64,000 bases of DNA, taken from the sequence record OK040170.1; one strand, given 5' to 3'. Positions 48,884 to 55,138 of the stretch are shown here, piece by piece; positions within the stretch are counted from its first letter, which is position 1, and every line of letters begins with the position of its first letter. Both the position numbers and the translations under genes were made by a program. The notes under the pieces were generated by a model. It saw only the letters and a list, made by a program, of their open reading frames with translations. It was not told the DNA's origin and made no database searches.

Positions 48884-50038
48884 TTGAAAGTGAAAAAAGA
48901 AAAGATGGTTAAAGTAGAAATCGTAGTTAATGGTCAACATCGCCTTACTCGTATTTTTGACGTCGATAACCTTAACGCTGTGTCGGATGCCATTGCGGAA
49001 AACAAAGAAGTATTCTCCGGTGACGAATTCAAACAATTAACCGATAACTACATGGAAAGCGTCAAGTGGCGTATTCGCGATGGCTTTATCGGTGTAATTG
49101 GACTCGGTACTTCACTGAACATTTCCGCCTGCGTATCCAAACCTACCGATCTGGAACTACAGCGCGTTAGCGTTTCTCTCCGAGCCCCTGGGAATCTATC
49201 GACTCGATTGATCCGCACGATCTGCTATCGTGGTGAGATCAACGATATGTTCTCGCTGTTTAAAGTTAACTTACTTCGTAGACTGTCTTTGACGGCCAGG
49301 GCGTTTTTGAGCTCACTTAAGTACGAAGACTGGAGCAAACTACGTTCTGGGGATAATGAGTTAGCCCTCATGGGGAGTGACTACACGCTGGTAGTTACAC
49401 CGGTAGGCCAACCTGCTGAGAAAATCGTTCAGATCTTCACGCCTGTGGAAATCAGAGAAATCATCGAGAGCCCGCAGGCAATTAAGAAGGATACTATCGA
49501 TTTGCCTCCGGAATTACTTGAGGCGATCGGTACGGTTTCTGAGTTACATCGCCGTAAAGCTCAGAACGGTGGTCGTTGGGAACTTCGGGAATTAGCTAAC
49601 CCTGAATTACAATTGAAGGTATGTTCGGCCGCTGTTTCGCCAATCACGGATTGGGCCAGTAATACACTGCAATATCTCGTGTCCCCACGTCGGGTTGGTA
49701 AACATTCGGTGGAAGAGGTATTCAAAAAGCTATCGGCTCGGCACGAGGAACTTCAGGCACTATGTAAACGCGGCGAAGACATGAGTAAGGTCATCGTCTA
49801 TCGTGGCTCCGCCGAGGCCAATGGTAAGAAGACCAACTTCGTTTTGACCTACGATATGGTCTACGGTAAACAAGAGGGGTTTAGCTGGGTCATCGACCGC
49901 GTAGCTCGCCAGATTAAACGTAACTTGGGCGAAAACATTTCTCCGCCTATCCTCTATCATGCGTTCCATATCACTAACTTGGGGCACTGGGTAGAATTAG
50001 TCCCTGGACTTAATATCCGCATTGAAGCTGTACTTTAA
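48884..50038 (+). CDS. hypothetical protein (384 aa)
   Basis: TTG start behind GGAG. Confidence 0.75.
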   Translation: MKVKKEKMVKVEIVVNGQHRLTRIFDVDNLNAVSDAIAENKEVFSGDEFKQLTDNYMESVKWRIRDGFIGVIGLGTSLNISACVSKPTDLELQRVSVSLRAPGNLSTRLIRTICYRGEINDMFSLFKVNLLRRLSLTARAFLSSLKYEDWSKLRSGDNELALMGSDYTLVVTPVGQPAEKIVQIFTPVEIREIIESPQAIKKDTIDLPPELLEAIGTVSELHRRKAQNGGRWELRELANPELQLKVCSAAVSPITDWASNTLQYLVSPRRVGKHSVEEVFKKLSARHEELQALCKRGEDMSKVIVYRGSAEANGKKTNFVLTYDMVYGKQEGFSWVIDRVARQIKRNLGENISPPILYHAFHITNLGHWVELVPGLNIRIEAVL

Positions 50039-50102
50039 ACCCGTCATAGGCCCGTAGGATTAACCTACGGGCTACTATAATCTTTTTTAGAAGGAAAATA
50101 AA

Positions 50103-50696
50103 ATGAACTATCGTGGCAAAGTAAATGGCGATGAATACCTGGCATCTGTAGTTAAGTCTGTTCTGTTCTCTGGCTCGGTACCCGATGCAGATTCCCGCAG
50201 TGAACTCCATTGCGTTTCAGTTGCAATCCCTAAGTTCGATGTCATCAAAGAAGTTAAGTTCAACTTCGCTGGCGGGGCATCTTGCTTGGATGAATATCAA
50301 TACCCCGTACGTGAGGTCTGTGAGACGCTACAGGCCATGGGTGTTAAAGGTGTCACTCTGGTAACCCAGAGACTTGTTCGTGCCTTAGAGGCCCGTCTGA
50401 CGACGATTGTCCCAAACATGGATGACTTCTCCGTCAACCAGTATTGCGAATGGTTGAAAGTTACCATCCGTGAAAAGATTGCATTATGCTATCCGGATAT
50501 GTTAGCCGTGTATGTCGAACCTAACTCTGATCTGTTCGTGGTAGATGAGTTAGAACAACCTTGTCCTACTGGTTCAGTCAATGTGGTTATGGCTGATATG
50601 GTTGGTTCAGTATTCGGTTGTGAATTGTATTCGTGTACTTACTTCACGGATGATGGTGTTATCAATCCGATATTCAAGTTTGTACTTAAACAGTAA
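50103..50696 (+). CDS. hypothetical protein (197 aa)
   Basis: AAGGA SD. Confidence 0.75.
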   Translation: MNYRGKVNGDEYLASVVKSVLFSGSVPDADSRSELHCVSVAIPKFDVIKEVKFNFAGGASCLDEYQYPVREVCETLQAMGVKGVTLVTQRLVRALEARLTTIVPNMDDFSVNQYCEWLKVTIREKIALCYPDMLAVYVEPNSDLFVVDELEQPCPTGSVNVVMADMVGSVFGCELYSCTYFTDDGVINPIFKFVLKQ

Positions 50697-50700
50697 TAAT

Positions 50701-50830
50701 CTCTCATTTTTTACGTCACTTCTCTTTAGTTTGTCAAAACAATACCACTCAGGTCACGGCCGTAGGCCTGTGACTAATAAGTACCCGTATGACTGAAGAA
50801 CGTAGTGATGAAAGGAATACATCTTGGGTA
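50701..50830 (+). repeat. dispersed structured module, copy 3 of 3
   Basis: CTCTCATTTTTTACGTC, GGTCAC-GGCC-gta-GGCC-T-GTGACT (50752-50775), AATA, TACCC(50782)...GGGTA(50830) enclosing GACTGAAGAACGTAGTGATGAAAGGA (50791-50816). Confidence 0.85.
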
Positions 50831-50882
50831 AAAAGAGAGTTAAGTAAGGTTAAATTAACTCTATTGATAAAGAGTAATAATC

Positions 50883-51437
50883 ATGAATAATACTCATTTA
50901 GTAATAACTGTAACTAATGGAATGAACAGTTTAACAGATACATTACGAGTAGAGCTGGATAACTTTCCGGTAGCTCGTATCAAGGGATGGGTAAAGAGCA
51001 TCAGTGAACGATATGGATTAGCTACTCTACCTACGCTGTACTACATGGACTGGGGGAAAGTGGTTGATGACATTAACGAAAACCCTCATACCGTTCTCAA
51101 TGTAGGAGGAGACAGCAGTATTACCTGGGAAGCGGGTAATACATGGCCAAAGGGTGTAAACTCTGATGGTACGTTATCGGCTGGACGTAACATTAAGTTC
51201 CATCCAACCACCTGGTCAGAAATCATGTTTGCTACCCATGATAACTTTTTAGAAGTAGAAGGTTTCATTCTGGTAGATAAAACCGGGGCTGTTTATGAGT
51301 ACGGTATCTTAAAGGAACGTAATTTCATTAACCTGGGTGGATTTGATTTCCTCTCTAGCGATTACAAAGCGTTTGCTTACCATCGTAGAGAAGGCGTAGT
51401 CACCCTGATCGAACGCCATAGTCCACCAACCGCTTAA
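50883..51437 (+). CDS. hypothetical protein (184 aa)
   Basis: First ORF after module copy 3. Confidence 0.7.
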   Translation: MNNTHLVITVTNGMNSLTDTLRVELDNFPVARIKGWVKSISERYGLATLPTLYYMDWGKVVDDINENPHTVLNVGGDSSITWEAGNTWPKGVNSDGTLSAGRNIKFHPTTWSEIMFATHDNFLEVEGFILVDKTGAVYEYGILKERNFINLGGFDFLSSDYKAFAYHRREGVVTLIERHSPPTA

Positions 51438-51454
51438 TTAATTAGGAGCACGAC

Positions 51455-51745
51455 ATGATCGAAGTAACTTGTGATTCAGTAGCAGATAACTTATTCTCCG
51501 TAACGTTGAGTAAGCCATCTGAGGGCAGGTTTAATTCTAACTACTCTCGTAAAGTTTCTTTCCGTATCGATACGAAAGTATACTCCATTCGCTTAGCGAG
51601 CATCTCTGCGGTTCACCAGGCTGCACGCAACGGCGGTGAAGGGGTGATTACTATCATCACCCAATCGGCGAAGTACACGTTCAACTACCGTAAGGGCGGC
51701 CAGGAAGCAATCAATGAGTTCTTGGCTGCATGGGAACAGATCTGA
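51455..51745 (+). CDS. hypothetical protein (96 aa)
   Basis: AGGAG SD. Confidence 0.75.
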   Translation: MIEVTCDSVADNLFSVTLSKPSEGRFNSNYSRKVSFRIDTKVYSIRLASISAVHQAARNGGEGVITIITQSAKYTFNYRKGGQEAINEFLAAWEQI

Positions 51746-51999
51746 TGGAATACTCCATTATCAACCCTAATGGGAAACTCCCTGTACTACGTATCAAGGT
51801 CAGTGGTGTTTTGAGTCATTACTCGATTATGGGCATTACGGGTATCAGCTACGCCAAAATGGCCATGCCGTTAGGTACTGTACAAGTGACGATTGACCGG
51901 GAAGGAACAAGTAATATCTTCCAGGTTCCGGTAAAAGATGTCCCATTAGTAGATGAGATCGTTACTCTCTGGGTAAATATCATCAACGGTATCAAGTAA
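51745..51999 (+). CDS. hypothetical protein (84 aa)
   Basis: TGATG junction favours ATG 51745. Confidence 0.7.
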   Translation: MEYSIINPNGKLPVLRIKVSGVLSHYSIMGITGISYAKMAMPLGTVQVTIDREGTSNIFQVPVKDVPLVDEIVTLWVNIINGIK

Positions 52000-52122
52000 G
52001 TAATTTGTCATAAACCCACCTACCCTAACCGGTAGGTGGGAGTTGTATTATCCTAAATCTTTTTCTTTTGTCATTACGTTAAAATGTACGCATGTTTGAC
52101 TTAATGTAGACATTAGGGAATT

Positions 52123-53037
52123 ATGAGGGAGTTTCGGAAAATGGCCGGGACAAAGAAATTAATCATTACACCAACCTTCAAACTAAAAAAGTTATTGAAG
52201 GATATGGTAGGCTCAGAGCCAGGTTTTAATCTAGTCTGGCAAATGGCCGTAGACTACATGGTGAAATGCATCTTGTCTGGTGCCCGTAAAGAAACGCTTC
52301 CCGAATTCATGCAGGAAGCATACGGCGAACTAGATGGTTCCACGAGTTATTACTTCGCAGATCTGTTGGGGTTCAAATTAGTTGAGTCCTCGTACAGAAA
52401 AGATTCATTTACATTCTCCTTGGCATTATCTGGGGAATCTAAAAACGTCCCTGATCTTTCTAATGTTACGAAGATCTCTCGTACACCTTACGATAACGGA
52501 TGGATGAATGGCGTAGTTTGGTTCCGGCCTGTACACTGCGCATTTTACTACGTTAAAGCAACCCGTAACCCATTAGCTGACTTTGTACAGGAAAGTGCAT
52601 ATCTGGTCGGCAAACACCACAAGGTGAATATCTACCAAAAGGTATTTGATGCGGGTGATGATAAACGTATTAAAGGGATTTACTTTGAAGTAGCCGATCG
52701 GAAGGAATCCGAAGATGTAGGTAGTCAGATGTCTAACTACGTCAGAAACAATAGAGGGATCTACGAAGAGGGAGAAAGACGTGTCGGGGAATTATTACCT
52801 GACCGTAAAGATCAACCCAATACCCAACACCAGGGGAATGGGAAGAAGCCTGACTTTGGTATCGGGAGAAATCAGGTATGTGTAAAAGGTAAGGAATACC
52901 GTAATGTAGTTTCGTACCACAAAGAGACTCGTTTACCGATGCCGCAGATCTACCGTCGATTGAATTCCCGTCATCCTGAATGGATTGATTGGTTCTTCAT
53001 CGGCTCTCCTAAAGATACCAGAAGGAAGTCAGTGTGA
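52123..53037 (+). CDS. hypothetical protein with C-terminal HTH/NUMOD-like DNA-binding segment
   Basis: VKGKEYRNVVSY...IYRRLNSRHPEWIDWFF resembles homing-endonuclease DNA-binding tails; no nuclease motif recognised. Confidence 0.55.
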   Translation: MREFRKMAGTKKLIITPTFKLKKLLKDMVGSEPGFNLVWQMAVDYMVKCILSGARKETLPEFMQEAYGELDGSTSYYFADLLGFKLVESSYRKDSFTFSLALSGESKNVPDLSNVTKISRTPYDNGWMNGVVWFRPVHCAFYYVKATRNPLADFVQESAYLVGKHHKVNIYQKVFDAGDDKRIKGIYFEVADRKESEDVGSQMSNYVRNNRGIYEEGERRVGELLPDRKDQPNTQHQGNGKKPDFGIGRNQVCVKGKEYRNVVSYHKETRLPMPQIYRRLNSRHPEWIDWFFIGSPKDTRRKSV

Positions 53038-53288
53038 AAGTATTGGAAAGTAAAGAAGGACACGGTGTTTTCCTTATCCAAACGTACAAGTGCGTTTTCG
53101 ATGCAATCAAGTGGTTCGCAGACCAACTAGGTTCAGAAGACCTAGATGAAAGCATCTTAGAGAAATCACTGACCGGGATCGCTATAGAGACAGGGGTAAG
53201 CTTGTTTCCTGCGATCTTAGAAGTCATGGAGACGGACAAGGTAATGTCCTACCGAGTCATTAATCTCGATGGTCTTAAACTTAGCTAG
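53034..53288 (+). CDS. hypothetical protein (84 aa)
   Basis: GTG start overlapping the previous stop. Confidence 0.6.
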   Translation: MKVLESKEGHGVFLIQTYKCVFDAIKWFADQLGSEDLDESILEKSLTGIAIETGVSLFPAILEVMETDKVMSYRVINLDGLKLS

Positions 53289-53356
53289 TCCATAAACCGG
53301 CTGGGGAAACCTGGCCGGTCTATGTTGTTTATGTACAATTAAGAGGAAACACCACC

Positions 53357-53515
53357 ATGCCTAGTACCAGTAAGAAACAAGAGCAATTCATGGCAGTCGC
53401 TGCCCACGACAAAGAGTTCGCTGAAGAAGCAGGCATTCCCCAGAAGGTTGCTAAAGAATTCCATAACGCCGATAAGCGTAAGAAGAACAAGAAAGCGATC
53501 TTGGCAAAACGTTGA
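53357..53515 (+). CDS. small phage protein (52 aa)
   Basis: GAGGA SD; MPSTSKKQEQFMAVAAHDKEFAEEAGIPQKVAKEFHNADKRKKNKKAILAKR*. Not in the ORF track. Confidence 0.75.
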   Translation: MPSTSKKQEQFMAVAAHDKEFAEEAGIPQKVAKEFHNADKRKKNKKAILAKR

Positions 53516-53526
53516 TTTAGATCTTT

Positions 53527-53550
53527 TTTTACGCAACAAGTTTAAGTATG
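53527..53550 (+). promoter_or_regulatory. TTTTAC-N14-TATG promoter-like element ahead of the RNA array
   Basis: TTTTACGCAACAAGTTTAAGTATG; same spacing as at 5661, 13112, 30334 and 47200. Confidence 0.6.
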
Positions 53551-53661
53551 TAGAAGCTGCATCAAGTAATCATTTAGTTCAATTAACTCCAGGGTCGATT
53601 GTCGGTAACTAAGTGAGATTCAGCTACAAGCGGGGATGGATCCCCACTAAGTATTGGAGAG

Positions 53662-53758
53662 CTTTAAGGGTACGATCTCAATCGTCCGGGTTGTGGAACA
53701 ACTTCCGCACACTAGTGCGTTGGTTTAGGGTTCGACTCCCTACCGGAATGCCTTAAAG
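53662..53758 (+). ncRNA. tRNA-like cloverleaf on an extended stem
   Basis: T-arm TAGGG-TTCGACT-CCCTA, D-like GTTG/CAAC, CGCAC-acta-GTGCG, TCCGG/CCGGA, outer CTTTAAGG/CCTTAAAG; no CCA. Confidence 0.55.
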
Positions 53759-53830
53759 GTAGCGCATGATAAATGCGAGCAACTAACACGAGGCGACATT
53801 ACGCGCCTACTCCAATCAAGACGAATTCCT

Positions 53831-53915
53831 GGTAGGTTACTCAAGCGGCAACGAGAACAGACTGTAAATCTGTTGCCTTCGGGCTTCGATGGTTCGAGTC
53901 CATCACCTACCACCA
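53831..53915 (+). tRNA. tRNA-Tyr(GTA)
   Basis: GGTAGGT/ACCTACC acceptor, ACAGA-ctGTAaa-TCTGT, long variable arm, GATGG-TTCGAGT-CCATC, encoded CCA. Confidence 0.95.
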
Positions 53916-53922
53916 AAACAAT

Positions 53923-54001
53923 GAACCGAGTAGCTCAACTGAATAGAGCACCGTCCCGCTAAGACGGAGGTTAGAGGTTTAAGTCCTTTCTCTGGTTCCC
54001 A
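53923..54001 (+). tRNA. atypical tRNA (GCT anticodon in a short-variable-arm body)
   Basis: TAGCTC...GAGC D arm, CCGTC-ccGCTaa-GACGG, AGAGG-TTTAAGT-CCTTT, bulged acceptor, CCA. Confidence 0.65.
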
Positions 54002-54007
54002 AACAAC

Positions 54008-54171
54008 GACACTGATCTCAAGAAGATCGGCAGCCTTACCCAACCGTGTCGCGGCGATCGCCAGCAATCGGTATTTAGTGCACGGTACGTAGACAAGCCT
54101 TTGAGCGAAGTTCCGCGTCCCGAGCCGTCGGCAGCCCATAAGCCTCAGTGAAATTCTGAGGGGTGTCACCA
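54008..54171 (+). ncRNA. 164-nt tRNA-like RNA with large central insertion and CCA end
   Basis: GACACT/GGTGTC-A-CCA, GATCT-caaga-AGATC, CCTCAG-tgaaatt-CTGAGG. Confidence 0.6.
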
Positions 54172-54175
54172 AAGA

Positions 54176-54241
54176 TGTCCTCATTGCAGAGGGAGGTTGA
54201 TTGTAGTCAGCCTGTTGTGAAACGAATCTGCAGTGGGGACG
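54176..54241 (+). ncRNA. three-way-junction structured RNA
   Basis: 14-bp GTCCTCATTGCAGA/TCTGCAGTGGGGAC enclosing AGGTTGA/TCAGCCT and a small hairpin. Confidence 0.5.
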
Positions 54242-54261
54242 CCTTCCCTTTCTAAAGTTTT

Positions 54262-54350
54262 ATCGAGATAGTCTACTTAAACCTAGTGAGGAATTCGACG
54301 GCGGATACGTCCGTAAGACTGCGTAGGTTCGATCCCTACTCTCGATCCGA
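54262..54350 (+). ncRNA. tRNA-like-domain RNA (acceptor plus T arm, no canonical D arm)
   Basis: ATCGAGA/TCTCGAT, AGTCT/AGACT helix, GTAGG-TTCGATC-CCTAC. Confidence 0.6.
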
Positions 54351-54363
54351 TTTAAAAGAACAA

Positions 54364-54490
54364 TGACGCCTGCACGTAAAAAGCAAACTGCGCCAGCTGG
54401 GCGCGGTGGGGGCTAAGTGCCATGAACCATGCGGCGAGATCGCGGCGAAGGTATAAGATAGCCAGGTGCGATTCCTGGGGGCGTCACCCA
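54364..54490 (+). ncRNA. 127-nt tRNA-like RNA with expanded variable region and CCA end
   Basis: TGACGCCT/GGGCGTCA-C-CCA, ACTGCGCC-agctg-GGCGCGGT, CCAGG-tgcgatt-CCTGG. Confidence 0.6.
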
Positions 54491-54492
54491 AT

Positions 54493-54590
54493 TAGGTACG
54501 TAAGTCTCAAGTGGCCGCATTCATCTGCCCGCATTCATCTGCCCGCTGCCTAAAGACTTTGTGGAATGGATTCCGCGTACCTAAAAACCA
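54493..54590 (+). ncRNA. tRNA-like-domain RNA carrying a 14-nt tandem repeat
   Basis: TAGGTAC/GTACCTA, AAGTCT/AGACTT, GTGGA-atggat-TCCGC; CCGCATTCATCTGC x2 at 54515-54542. Confidence 0.55.
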
Positions 54591-54619
54591 GTAAGTTAAA
54601 CTAATAGGACGATTCTACG

Positions 54620-55129
54620 ATGACTATCCTTAATCGCGATATGATCATGCAAGAACTCTTAAACTCAATAGATCCTGATGCAGGCCCATGTCTTGGGCTT
54701 AGCAGGGAAAAAGAGTTAGCCGAAATTTATACGCTAGGATTCAAGGCACCTCGCCAAACGGGGTCTACGTATTGGCTTATCGAAAAACTCATTGAGGATC
54801 GTAACTCAATTGTAATTTTGATTAATAGCGACTTTAAAGAACACTTCCTAGCGGATGTTGAGAAATACCCTAAAGTCATTTTCGACAAATGTGTTCAATA
54901 TGGACCATCTGTTGAACGAGGTATTCTTAATGGCGATAAAGACAATATAGTCGATCGCTGTTTCACTGCCAGGGAATTCCTAAACGCCGACCTAGAACGT
55001 CACCGCTACGCCACATCGGTCTTCTTTGATGGCGCGTCGACGATTGCTAGTAAGATTAATCTTAATGCGTATTACCGAAAGTTGGCCAAAGAAGTAAAAG
55101 GTTATCCGGTTACTTGGCTGATTAACTAA
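54620..55129 (+). CDS. hypothetical protein with degenerate P-loop-like motif
   Basis: APRQTGST resembles a terminase-type Walker A; only 169 aa. Confidence 0.55.
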   Translation: MTILNRDMIMQELLNSIDPDAGPCLGLSREKELAEIYTLGFKAPRQTGSTYWLIEKLIEDRNSIVILINSDFKEHFLADVEKYPKVIFDKCVQYGPSVERGILNGDKDNIVDRCFTAREFLNADLERHRYATSVFFDGASTIASKINLNAYYRKLAKEVKGYPVTWLIN

Positions 55130-55138
55130 AGAACACTT

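Noticed and set aside
53339-53539. 66-aa minus-strand ORF, and ORFs 53903-54184 and 55209-55492
   Set aside because: Antisense to a better-supported gene or overlapping structured RNA; no SD or codon support.
53706-53719. CTA amber-suppressor anticodon
   Set aside because: The loop is 4 nt with no U33 and there is no CCA; TAG is used as a normal stop in the window (15759, 30328, 53288).
54008-54171. Full tmRNA
   Set aside because: Far too short, and no convincing tag reading frame or alanine G3-U70 acceptor.
54364-54490. tRNA-Sec
   Set aside because: The 8/5 stem geometry fits, but there is no TCA anticodon and no extended D stem.
54620-55129. Terminase large subunit
   Set aside because: Only a PRQTGS-like motif in 169 aa, without Walker A Lys, Walker B DE or a nuclease domain.
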